A DNA stretch of 63,903 nt, counting the filler, from Octopus bimaculoides (Eukaryota): assembly GCF_001194135.2 (NCBI RefSeq). It is 8 parts of 7 records of this genome, joined end to end, with 100 filler letters (N's around TTAATTAATTAA, not from the genome) between each part and the next. Parts side by side here need not be neighbours in the genome. Positions count along the whole stretch, not along the records: positions 20,830 to 42,065 come from NC_068987.1; positions 42,166 to 47,515 come from NC_068999.1; positions 47,616 to 61,427 come from NC_068996.1; 5 more parts are not named here. One strand, 5' to 3'. The notes below the pieces were generated by a model. It saw only the letters and a program-made list of their open reading frames with translations. It ran no database searches and was not told the DNA's origin. A program made the translations under genes and the position numbers. Below are positions 41,328-52,999 of the stretch, piece by piece. How positions within the stretch are numbered: position 1 is the first letter of the stretch; each line of letters opens with the position of its first letter.

Positions 41328-41380
41328 CGATGACGATGATGATGATGATGAGATGACAGTGATGTTCATGATAATAGAAA
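40555..41380. repeat. Mixed trinucleotide low-complexity tract (CAA, CTG/CTA, GGT, GAT)
   Basis: Visible; source of the spurious Leu-, Asp- and Met-rich ORFs. Confidence 0.85.
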
Positions 41381-41640
41381 AGAAGAAATTTTTTTTTTCA
41401 AATAACAATAGTCATATATTCGGTTTAAGAGACAAAAACAATCAACTAGACACTTCCATTTTGTTGTCTCCCAAGATATCGATGAAGTTTTCGTAAAGTT
41501 CTTCAGGGGCGTCTGCTTAATTCGATTTTTTCTTGATTGGCAGCTGCGTCCCACAGTGAAGGAAGTAAATCTATTTCAAAAAAGAGAAAAAAAATCCTCG
41601 TGGAAAGCGTCTGAGCAAAGGAAAAAAAAAGAATAAAGAC

Positions 41641-41702
<62 letters not shown>

Positions 41703-42021
41703 TAATAATAATGTAAAAAAATACATATGATGCTGAAGATAAAGTTTTGATAAATGAAACAATAGTGAAGATGCTACCAGTCTCATTCATATTGGCAAGC
41801 TGATTGGAGTATAATTTTAATTAGCGCTTTTTCTTCCGATAACAGGAAAAAAGACAGGCTTCTGATGAATTTAACCAAAGTGATTATAATGTATTGTAGA
41901 TAACCAACAGGTGTGAGCGTTACACAACATATGATTGGATTTAAGAAATTACATCATAAATACATACATATCTACATACACACACATACATGCATACATA
42001 CATACATACATACATACACAC

Positions 42022-42065
<44 letters not shown>

Positions 42066-43899
42066 NNNNNNNNNNNNNNNNNNNNNNNNNNNNNNNNNNN
42101 NNNNNNNNNTTAATTAATTAANNNNNNNNNNNNNNNNNNNNNNNNNNNNNNNNNNNNNNNNNNNNTAAAATTTGAAAGAATTTTAATTCATTCTTGCAAT
42201 CGCTTCAAACAGCGATATTAAAACATGCAAATTTATGGTAGAATAATTGAATTAATTTGATTGAATTTATTATATATCACTGTTCTCCTCACTGCAAGAA
42301 GTATAAACAAAAAATTATTATTACAGAAGACTTGATAAAGGAAATAGCAGAGAATAATTTTGGATATTCATATTCATCCTTATGAAAATTATGAGTATCA
42401 TAATAAAGAATGTGTGTCTAGTTATGTATAAACTAAGACCAAGGCAACTAGCAGTTATTTGAAAATATAGATGAAAAGGGTTTTATGAATTGTTCCCTCT
42501 ATAGAAGAGTAAGTAGATAATTTAAACTCCAAATAAGTCATGTATGTAAGTAAGTTTTATAGAAATGGCCAATGGAAAAGCATAGTTATGTTTGAATTAG
42601 GATATGAACAATATTGTAACAATATTAGGTATGGTTTGTATTTTAAAAAATTGTGCATTGGAATGAAATTAAACTAGTGAATGTAGTATATAGGATGTTG
42701 CTAGAATGCAACAAAAACAAGTATTAAAGGGTAAAAATGCTTAAAGAGCTACCTAAATGGAGTTGTGGTAGTGTAAGAACTAATATTCGTTTGTATGTAT
42801 TAAATATGAGGTAAAACAAATTAAAAAATAGGAAATTAGTTGTTAATATTACAGATTTAGATCGTAAATACTTGCTTGTGGCTATAAATAACTTTCAGAG
42901 TTTTAATTAGAGGTAGTAAACTGAAAATAACAATGTAGATAATATACTTGGGAAAGAAAGGTAGAAAAAATTTTATGTTAGAAGTATCGATATTTAATAC
43001 ATTGAATACGTTTAAGTATAAATAAAAGTATGAGTTAAGAAGCTAGTTTGGCATAAAGTGAAAGAGAAGTATATAGTAATATTATGTAAGTAATAAGTAT
43101 TCAAGTAATAGAAGGTTATTGTGTATTATGAAGATAAGAAAAAAGTTTTTTATGAGTAGTGGATGCACATAAGTATACAAAATATATAAGATAATTCACA
43201 TATAATGTCATATAAAAAAATCTTACAAGGGAAAAAATTTTCAAGTGAATACTAATATGTTAGTAGAGGACATATCTGCAAAATAGTATACATGGATATA
43301 GGTATTCTAGTTGTTTTATTTGAGGGTGTACATAAACGAAAAAACACCATATAAAAATAAATAAGTATACTCATACCGGTGCAAAAAGGGAGGAAGAAAA
43401 AGCCAAACAGATATGGATATAATTATAATTACACACACATATAAGAAAATTTTATATACATATATAATTTATATGTGTGTGTGTATATATATATATATAT
43501 GTGTATGTGTGGAACATACGTAAATGTGCACACGTTCATATTGAAAATACATATTAGTGGTAACAGTTAATAAGCACACAATAATAATGATAGATATACA
43601 CACAGTGACAAATTGGAACAATATCTAGAATTGCACATTGTTGTAGGCAAGTTGGACACCAAGAAGTATTATATGTGTTTGCATATATCAGCTGTAAAAT
43701 ATTAAATATCAGGTAGATTGGCAAGTAACATAAAACATTTTTAATTAAAATAGGTAAGTGAAGGTTTTTTTTGTTAGGGACACATGCAAATAAAATAAGT
43801 TTAAAAAAGATATATACTAAGGGAAGATATAAAAGTATATTGAGAGAAAGGGAGATGTAGGGAGATTTGGAGTAAATGTTAGTCCAATATAAGGTTGGT

Positions 43900-45470
43900 C
43901 ATGTAATTATTAGAGGGAAGAGTTAAATAATAAATATATATCAATATAGTGTAAGATATAGTGATGTGCAGAGGATGTGATGAGTAGTCGAATTCCATAG
44001 AAAGAGTTAATATTCTATATATTTTAAAAAAGATAGAGGTATTACAAAAAAAGGAAATGTTATTAAAAAATTCAAGTAAGCGGGGTGGGTATTTAAGATT
44101 AATAAAAAGGAATTTGGTCATCCCTAGTATTAACTAGATGTCCATTCATTCTCATTATACTGTAGCTTTCTTCCAAACATAACCTACAAATTTTATTATA
44201 TTTATAATATGGGGCAGAAGATAGGATTTTCAAAGATATTGAGTATTTGATATTGTTTCTTTTGAGTTGCCAAATTTTTTTAGATAGACCTCTGCTATAC
44301 CCTCTTCTAGAGTCATTAAAGGAAGATCTATGATTATTGATTCGTGCTTTTATAGAGTTTTTTGTGCAACCAATATATATATGATTAGAGGAGTTATGAG
44401 TAATAATAGTTGCTTGGTATACTACTACTTTCATTTTGCAATTTCTATCTACTTCACAAGTATTTGGGTCTCTGCAATTACAATTTCAATTATTGGGTGG
44501 TACTATGTTTTTATATCTATATTTATTAGGGATAATGGAGTTTTGGTTATTATCATAATAGTCATTAGTTATAGAATTATTGGAGTTGCTAGGTATATTT
44601 GATGAACTTTTTTTTTTATAGAATAGGTCCAATTTTGTAGAATGAAGAGATTATCCTAAAAAGGTTTGGAGAGACTGAAAATCCAAATCTGATTTTTTTG
44701 TTATTAAATATTTTTGCATGGAGTTTTTTAAAGTTTTTATTAACTATATTTCTAATGGATTTAATAAAATTAGATTTTAGATGGTTGGCAAAAGGTATTA
44801 TGATCTAAGTAGTGTTATTGCTGTTTTCTATATTAGAGTGATGGGTTATGTTTGGTAGGTGGGGGGTCATCTATTCTTACACATGGTATTGGTTTTTTCT
44901 ATTTTATTTCTGTCTATATTAAAATGATTTATGTGGTTGTGTGTATTATTGGAGGGATTAGGGGAGATGAGATTATTTTCATTTTCTGTTTATTGGTTTA
45001 ATGTTCTTATTTTTATATATATAGATTATGTGTTTTTGGTGTTGTCAGTATTCTTGGGTTTTTTCATATTAGTATTAGTGTAGTTAGTGATTTGGGAATT
45101 GCTAAAATTAATATTTTTTCTTTTTTTATAATATTTTTTCTTTTAATAAAGTTTTGGTTATGGTGCTCATATTGATTAAGTTTATTAGTATGTTTATTGT
45201 GGTTGTGAATTCTGTGTCTATTGCTAATGACTATCATTGAGAGTTTTTATTTGTTTGTCGAGATGTACTAAATCAGCAGTTGACTTAGGTTCACTAATAT
45301 TATCTATGTTGTTCATGTCAAGATAAATTTTCGTATTATTAGTATTGATGCTCTCGTTTTTATTTTACTTAATTTCATATTTATATCATGCTTTTTTAAG
45401 TTCTAGATTATAGTAATCTTTGTTTGTTAAAAATTTCTTCATTAGATGATAATAAATTCTTCTTTCTATT
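43900..45470 (-). mobile_element. Penelope-like retroelement (Naiad-type) RT C-terminus, linker and GIY-YIG endonuclease, degraded
   Basis: Minus strand: LLSSNEEIFNKQKDYYNLELKKA...IIPFANHLKSNFIK...CNCRDPNTCEVDRNC-KMKVVVYQATI...IYIGCTKNSIKARINNHRSSF...LSKKIWQLK...ICRLCLEE. Confidence 0.85.
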
Positions 45471-45675
45471 TTAGTGGTCAGGTTTTTTATAATGTTATGT
45501 ATATGTGTGTGTGTGTACATAAATATATATACCTATATGCATAATGTTATATATATATATGTATATATATCTGTATATGTATGTATTTATATGTATGTGT
45601 GTATATATATGTATGTATATATTGTGTGTATATGTATGTGTGTATATACATGTATGTATATATATGTGTATATCA

Positions 45676-46180
45676 ACGTCACCTTCCTGGCACCTGTGCC
45701 AGTGGCACGTGAAAAGTCATTCGAGCGAGATCGTTGCCAGTGCCGATGGACTGGCTCCTGTGCAGGTGACACATAAAATACACCATTTCGAGCATGGCCG
45801 TTGATCGTTACCAACATTGCCTTGCTGGCACTTGTGCCAGTGGCACGTGAAAAGACATTTCGAGCGTGGCCTTTGCCAGTAAGACATCTGAGCGAGATCG
45901 TTGCCAGTGCCCCTGGACTGGCCCTGTGCAGGTGGCACATAAAATACACCATTTCGAGTGTGGCCATTGCCAGTACCCGCCTGACTGGTCCTCATGCCGG
46001 CGGCACGTAAAGCACCCACTACACTCCCGGAGTGGTTGGCATTAGGAAGGGCATCCAGCTGTAGAAACTCTGCCAAATCAGATTGGAGCCTCGTTTCGCC
46101 TCCTAGTCCACCAGTCCTCAGTCAAATTGTCCAACCCATGCTAGCATGGAAAGCGGACGTTAAACGCCGACGATGGTTAT
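45676..46180 (+). mobile_element. SINE with internal tandem repeats, Deu/Nin-like core and RTE-type 3' tail
   Basis: Core ggttggcattaggaagggcatccagctgtagaaa; tail ccaacccatgctagcatggaaagcggacgttaaa. Confidence 0.8.
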
Positions 46181-46218
46181 ATATATATATATATATATAT
46201 ATATGTTTATGTATGTCT

Positions 46219-46947
46219 ATTTCACTATTATCAGCACTTGCTGTTTCATTAAATTATGTTACCCAAAATCCCAAAAGAATTTTTTTTCTCCCTCGTGATC
46301 TATCCCCAACCACCCTAACTCTGGCCCCCTCTCTCTCTCTACCTCACTCGCTCTCTCTCTCCCTCTCTCTCTCTCTACCTCACTCGCTCTCTCTCTCCCT
46401 CTCTCTCTCTGTCTTTATATTACCACTTGCTTCGCCAATACTTCTCCATCCTCCACCACCACCCTATATAAACTAGTGCACGCACTCGGATCCCCCTACT
46501 CGATTTTAAATAACTCCACCGAAAGAATACTAATCCAGAAGATGCTCCAATAAAAAATTTTGTTTTTTTTCAACCTCGTACATCAATTCCCCTATTTCTG
46601 CGCAGATCCCCTTATTAGTTTTTTTCATTATTCTATCTATTTCATTACCATGTAAACATAGTTTAAATATAGTTTTGTGTTCCTCACTGCTGTCTTAAGA
46701 CAAAATTATGCATATTCGCTATTCATCACTTATTCATTTATTCAAGTTTGTCACATTGTCACTTATTTCTCTAATTTTGTCACAGATTGGCTGATTGAAA
46801 ATTCTAAGATTTTTCAATTCCATTTCACTATTATCAGCATTTGCAGTTTCATTAAATCATGTTACCCAAAATCCCAAAAGAATATTTTTCTCCCTCGTGT
46901 TCTATCTCTGACCACCCTAACTCTGGCCCCTTCTCTCTCTGCCTCAC

Positions 46948-46980
<33 letters not shown>

Positions 46981-47059
46981 GTTTCGATTACCACTCGCTA
47001 TGCCAACATTTCCCCTCCTCCTCCACCACTCCACCCTATATAAACTAGTGCATGCACTC
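46219..47059. repeat. Pair of about 240-270 bp direct repeats (46219-46487 and 46822-47059)
   Basis: Both run atttcactattatcagca...gttacccaaaatcccaaaagaat...accaccctaactctggcccc...(CT)n...accctatataaactagtgca.gcactc. Confidence 0.9.
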
Positions 47060-47132
47060 AGGTTGCCTAGATGAGATGTAAGATGGTTTTTGGCTATAAA
47101 CACTGAAAATGTGCAGAAAACAGCTTCTGTCT

Positions 47133-47440
47133 TGAGTCAAACTGTCCAACCCATGCCAGCATGGAAAGCGGATGTAAAATGATGATGATGATGATGATAT
47201 ATATATGTATGCATATATGTGTATTTATAGATATATGTATATATGTGACACGTAAAAGCACCTACTACACTCTCGGAGTGGTTGGCGTTAGGAAGGGCAT
47301 CCAGCTGTAGAAACTCTGCCAAATTTAGATTGGAGCCTGGTGTTGCCATCCGGTTTCACCAGTCCTCAGTCAAATCGTCCAACCCATGCTAGCATGGAAA
47401 GCGGACGTTAAACGATGATGATGATGATGATGATGATGAT
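47133..47440 (+). mobile_element. Two 3' fragments of the RTE-tailed SINE, each ending in (GAT)n
   Basis: ccaacccatgc.agcatggaaagcgga.gt.aaa.gatgatgat at about 47145-47198 and 47379-47440, with the same core as 45676. Confidence 0.85.
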
Positions 47441-47912
47441 GTATCTATATATATATGTATGTATATTTGTATATGTCTGTATGTGTATATGTCTGTATGT
47501 GTGAAACTTGGTTCTNNNNNNNNNNNNNNNNNNNNNNNNNNNNNNNNNNNNNNNNNNNNTTAATTAATTAANNNNNNNNNNNNNNNNNNNNNNNNNNNNN
47601 NNNNNNNNNNNNNNNCTCCACGAAAAGAATTTAATTTGTGTTCGTGGGAACTCTTCGAAACGCCGGTGTTTTAATGGTGGCAGCTGATGAAGGGTATGTT
47701 CTTTATGTGGCCTGCTTGTTTGTTGTACCTTGTTTATCATTTTGTCCATGTTCTTTTGCAGCGTCATGTACCCAGATATGTATCTATATGTACATGTAGA
47801 TGAAGGTATGTACATACATGTACATATATATGCATATACTCATATATCATAAATATATATATATATATATACGCACACACAGAGAAAGAGAGAAAGAGAA
47901 AGAGAGAGAGAG

Positions 47913-47958
<46 letters not shown>

Positions 47959-47968
47959 AGACAGAGAG

Positions 47969-48167
47969 CGGGGACGTATGGCTTAGTGGTGCGTTGTGTT
48001 CTTGAGCAAAACACTTCATCTCACATTGTTCTGCAAACACTTCATTACCTGACAATGTGGTACGCTTGTTCAGGTAACGTCGATTTGATGGAGGGAGTGA
48101 GCTAGTGTACGACGCATACATTTGATCACTATAAACAAATAATATATGCAGATCGTTCGACAAAACA
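47969..48167 (+). mobile_element. tRNA-derived SINE (family shared with 56660-56885)
   Basis: gtatggcttagtggt...ttgagcaaaacacttcatc.cac...tgttcagg.aacgtcgatttgatggag...tataaacaaat. Confidence 0.75.
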
Positions 48168-49190
48168 AGGTTGATAATTTTTTTTTAACTAAACATTTTC
48201 AAACTTCGTATACTGGTAGAATGTGTCATATAGAACATCTTTTACTCTTAGCATTGTTGAGAAAAGTTTCTATTTACAAAGTTAGTTCGTGTTAAAGTTG
48301 TCGTATTTCGGTAATTTCAACCAATCAATGACGTGTATTCAGCTGAATAAAATTACTGCTGTTGTTTGTCAACAACAACTATCGGCGGTGTATATTTCGT
48401 TTATCACTGTTATTATCATCGTTCGTGCGTTTGTACAGGTTTTAGCTTTAGGTTTTTAAGGTTAGGGTTAGGGTTTTAGGGCCAGGGTTAGGGTTTTAGG
48501 ATTAGGGTTAGGGTTTTAGGATTAGGGTTAGGGTTTTGGGTTTAGGGTTAGGGTTTCAGGGTTAAGGTTAGAGCTTTAGTGTTAAGGTTAGGGTTAGGGT
48601 TTTAGGGTTAGGGTTAGGAAAAGTGAAAAAATGAAGTAATTGGAGGGGGGTAAGGGGAGGGCAAAAAATTCCAAAATTCCGATTTTTGGCAATTTTCCGG
48701 AATTTCCGTATCCGAAAAGCTGGGTTTTTGGCAAAAAAAAAAAAAATTTTAAGCAATAGTTTGCGAGAAAATGGCAGGGGTGGGGGGAGGAAGTCTTTCC
48801 GAAAATAGTAGCTGAAAAACAGGAAAAAAACCTAAAAGCAGTAGAAATGCATGAACGATTATGGTAGTGTCATGAAGTAAACGTGCTTCAGATACACTCG
48901 TTTATTCATCCGAACGAAACTGAGATGAAATATTTCATAAATAACAGTGATAAACGAAGTATACACCACCGGAAGTTGTTGTTGACAAACAACAGCAGTA
49001 ACTTTTTTCAGCTCTATAGATATCATTGATTGGTTGAAATTACCGAAACACGACAACTTTAACACGAAATAACTTCAAAAATACAAACTTTTCTCAAGAA
49101 CGCTAACAGTAAAATATGTTCTATATTACACACTCTACCAGTATCCGAAGTTTGAAAGTGTTTAGTTTAAAAAAATTAATTTATCGACCT
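48168..49190. mobile_element. Fold-back/MITE-like element with about 245-bp TIRs and an internal telomere-like tract
   Basis: 48168-48414 is the reverse complement of 48940-49190 (roughly 85% by eye), both starting AGGTYGATAA; no ORF inside. Confidence 0.9.
48436..48617 (+). repeat. Interstitial telomere-like (TTAGGG) repeat
   Basis: 14 perfect TTAGGG hexamers plus variants, with a 20-nt higher-order unit TTAGGGTTAGGGTTTTAGGR. Confidence 0.92.
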
Positions 49191-49289
49191 GCCGATCAAA
49201 AGGAAAAGATCCAGTGGGAGTCTTCTGTAATTTTTTCATATTCATATGTTAAAAATATTTTTTAATCCACATCACTAACTGATTATATT

Positions 49290-49760
49290 ATTGTTGTTAT
49301 TTCTGTTCAGAACAGGTTTGAACATTTTATTAAAACGCTTTCCTTTTATCTTTCTTCCAACCTCACTTATGTCATGTAGTTTGTGGAAAGAAAAAATTAG
49401 AAACATTTTCTGACCACATGCTTCTATATATTCTCTCAATGGAATTTGGCAAACATTTGTGCTACGGACTTGTTGCCCGTGAACTCGTGAGCGTTCCGAT
49501 AATACCTTCCCTGTCTCGCCAATATATAGTTCCTCGCAATTAGGGCATTTAATGCAGTAGATCAAATTTTTACTTTTGCAGTTCATTTCTCCATTTGTGA
49601 AAATCTGTCCATTTTTTTGTTCTAATGGATCTACCAGTATGCATGTATTGACATATTCCTCATCTGTTATCATTACACTTGGATACTGTGAATGTTTTAT
49701 CCTGTTTATTCGTGTTGAATTTTGCCTTTGTTAATAGTTTCTCTAGGTTATGTCATTGCC
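49290..49760 (-). mobile_element. Penelope-like element GIY-YIG endonuclease relic (Neptune/Poseidon-type)
   Basis: MNCKSKNLIYCIKCPNCEELYIGETGKVLSERSRVHGQQVR (ORF 49275-49673). Confidence 0.85.
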
Positions 49761-49795
49761 TTTTGCATAAGATAAGTGTTTGATTAATTATTATG

Positions 49796-49834
<39 letters not shown>

Positions 49835-49864
49835 ACGTGCGCGTGCGCATGCGTGTGTATGTAT

Positions 49865-50112
49865 ATTATTATAAAGGATCAAAGGGTTTTCCCAAGCCAT
49901 AGGCTCATAAATCCGGTCTTCCGGATTCTATGAGGAATATATTCAGCCTCTAAACGGGACGTCGGTCTGTGGCGAGATTATTCAATTTTGTAGGCTGAGC
50001 GGAGTGAAGCATCGTCAAATGAAATGTTTTGCTCAAGAACGTAACTCATCGCCTGGTCCAGGGATCAAAACCACAATCTTATCGTGAATGCAACAACCTA
50101 ACGATTAGACCA
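49865..50112 (-). mobile_element. tRNA-derived SINE
   Basis: Reverse complement begins gaggtgcatggtctaatcgttagg...ggttttgatccctggacc...ttgagcaaaacatt. Confidence 0.75.
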
Positions 50113-50126
50113 TGCACCTCTACAAT

Positions 50127-50159
<33 letters not shown>

Positions 50160-50304
50160 CACACAAGCATACATACATACATACATACATACATACATAC
50201 ATACATACATACATACATACGTACGCACCACACATACATACATACATACATACACACATACATACATACATACATACATACATACATACATACATACACA
50301 CATA

Positions 50305-50640
50305 CATATAATTATTGGGGCACCAGGATATATAATACACTGCTTAAATACCAATCTTGAGAAATTAGGCTTCTCAAAACCAGAAAGGAGAAAACTGACT
50401 CGAAGACTACAGACCCAATCCATTACTGGAACTGTAAAAATCTGTAAAACTTTCCAGAAGTTTATCATTTAAATATATTTGTATGTATTTAAGTATATAT
50501 GGATTTGAGTATGAGTATGTCGAGATATGCAAGTATGTGCATGAGAAGACATATATGAATCTACAAAATATACAAAATATACAAAAATACCCTGGTGATG
50601 TTGATATTCCAATAAAGGAATAGAAACTGGCTCTTTTTCT
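50305..50640 (+). mobile_element. RLE-type non-LTR retrotransposon (CRE/Hero/NeSL-like) 3' end
   Basis: IIIGAPGYIIHCLNTNLEKLGFSKPERRKLTRRLQTQSITGTVKICKTFQKFII* followed by a UTR; clade not resolved. Confidence 0.6.
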
Positions 50641-51899
50641 ATTGGCAAAAAATCTTGAAATAAAACTGAATAATGATATACATACACACCTACATACTAA
50701 CATATATATTTACAAACACATATACATTTATATATGCATACATATATGTATATATATATATATCACATTTATATGTATATATGTATTTATATATATAAAT
50801 ATGTTTGCATGTATGTATGTATTTATGTATGTATGTATTTATGAATGTATGTATGTATGTATGTATGTATGTATGTATGTATGTATGTATGTATGTATGC
50901 ATACATTCATATGTTCATACATAAGCACATACATGTATATTTGCACCGAACAATATACACGTGTCGAATAACAAGAGCAATAATAATCCAAAACGACCTA
51001 CCCGCCCGGCTAATCTCTGACACCCTGTTCGGATGTTGCGTGTACCGACGGGTATCGCATGAACCGTTATTTTAACAGCATTTGTAATGAAGCATCTCAG
51101 AGAATGTTTAACAAAGAAAAAACAAGAAATATTAAAAGACGGGGGAAGATGCTTAAGAAAACAAAGAAATACATATTGCAAGAAAAGAAAAGAAAAACAG
51201 GGAAGGGAGGTGAAAGAGAGAGGTGAAAGAGAGAGTGAGAGAAAAATAATAAAGATGTATTGAGAAAGGTATAGCATGTCGTTAGATGTATTCAATGTGA
51301 GGTTTTGACTACCAGCACTGCAATTAAGTGTTGTACCGTAAATTTCTCTTTGCACCCACGCCAGCATTAGCGAAGAAAGTGGTAAACAGTGAGAGAAAGA
51401 GAAAGAGAGTAAAAGAAGGGTGGAGAGAAAAAGAGTGGAGGAAGATCAATTAACTGTGACATAAAAAAAACGCCATCAACGTGTGTTTATTGAGTCCCAG
51501 CAATTTAGTTAAACATGCACCCGAATGTCGACCGCTTCTACTGAGCGACATCGATAGCAACAATCAGAGATAAAGTCACCACCAAATATCATCAAACATC
51601 ACTCCTAGAAATAATAACGTATGATGAGTAGTAAAGGAGTGTCTGTGAAACCTTAAACTATGGTAAACTTCAACATAATTCCACGAATTAATGCAATGTT
51701 TAAAAAATAGCATTAGTGTATAGATAGATATCTGGTCTATTAGCATTTATTTGCATGCCTGTATGTATCCCATAATCCCATAGGATGATCACAGTCTCTT
51801 CCTCAGTGACGGACTCTGGATGATATCTATACTACTTCTTAGGGTACGGGATATCATAGGGACGGTATATGCTCTAGTACATTTATTGTCCAACTCAAA

Positions 51900-52200
51900 C
51901 ATGCTTGGTTTTATAAGGTTTCTGTCGGGACAAGGACTAAGCAACTGGCAACAATGTAGTCAATACTCTCAATCTTGTCATTTCAGAGACTACATTTTTG
52001 TGTCTACTTCATTGTGTGTGACATTAGCTTGATGGTTTTGCGTGAGGAGGCCCTGATCTCGTACTGCTAGGATAAATCCTTCTGTTTCGGCATTCAAACC
52101 AGCACTCTGCAGCCACTAATAGGTTCTTCTCATATCTATATCAGCTTCCCCATCTCGTTTGGTGTATTGCCCATACAATGTTTTTGTGCCACAGTCTCGA
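51900..52200 (-). mobile_element. R4/Dong fragment (post-RT region towards zinc knuckle)
   Basis: KTLYGQYTKRDGEADID...WLQSAGLNAETEGFILAVRDQGLLTQNHQAN. Confidence 0.8.
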
Positions 52201-52227
<27 letters not shown>

Positions 52228-52235
<8 letters not shown>

Positions 52236-52790
52236 GAGTGAGAGAGCAGTGCATACCATCAAAATGACACTGGGGTACAAATATACGAAGCCCAGTATAC
52301 CCATCATGACTACCTGTCTGATAACAGTACGCCAGGCACATGCATTACAACCATATGTGCGCGACATGGTGATCTCATATTAAGATAAAAGGTGTATGAC
52401 CTTCAGGTGGGGCCCAGTTAGAATTTTCTTCAGGTCGAGTAGCCCATCCCACTCAAAAGAACCCTGAATAAGGGTTGCTTGAGTTGTTGAACGAAACACC
52501 CATGTTTCCAAAGATGAATTATCCAAACCACAAAGAATATCTCTCAACACATGGCTATGATGCTTCCCCACTACTTCTGCTCATGATCAGAGATGCACAT
52601 ATCGTCAGCCACTAAGAGACATGCTCAACTGGTTAAGGTCAAGCAACTGACAAGGAAATCGGTGGTATTGAGCAGAATATTTGCCGTAGCCCATCTTTTA
52701 TACCAAGACAAAGCAATGTGCGTGATAACACTTCCAATCAGTTAAGATCAGAAGCCATGAGAGCCATTGCCTGGTACTGCATCAGGGCAT
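52228..52790 (+). mobile_element. Unclassified non-coding interspersed repeat, about 560 bp
   Basis: Partial second copy at 13585-13770; no ORF; starts directly after (ATT)n. Confidence 0.6.
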
Positions 52791-52819
52791 TTCATTATTA
52801 TCATTGCCTTTGCACAGCT

Positions 52820-52932
52820 TCTAACGCTGGAGATGTACTACGGTGTCAGCTGTTCACTACAAGTGAACTATGGTAACACCTCTCATTTTTCGAGTACCTT
52901 CCGGAATATTCAAGCGGTTCCAAGTAGTGCTG

Positions 52933-52935
<3 letters not shown>
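52820..52935 (-). mobile_element. R4/Dong extreme 3' end
   Basis: TALLGTA*IFRKVLEK* plus UTR, abutting (ATT)n. Confidence 0.7.
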
Positions 52936-52987
<52 letters not shown>

Positions 52988-52999
52988 ATCATCATCATC

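Noticed and set aside
41430-41575. Minus-strand peptide ADAPEELYENFIDILGDNKME as an exon
   Set aside because: Poor acceptor, in-frame stop immediately upstream, and no recognisable family.
42165-43900. NUMT (AT-rich, strand-skewed block)
   Set aside because: No mitochondrial protein, rRNA or tRNA motif recognised; the skew is continuous with the adjacent Penelope element.
48436-48617. True telomere or chromosome fusion site
   Set aside because: Short, degenerate, single orientation and enclosed by TIRs.
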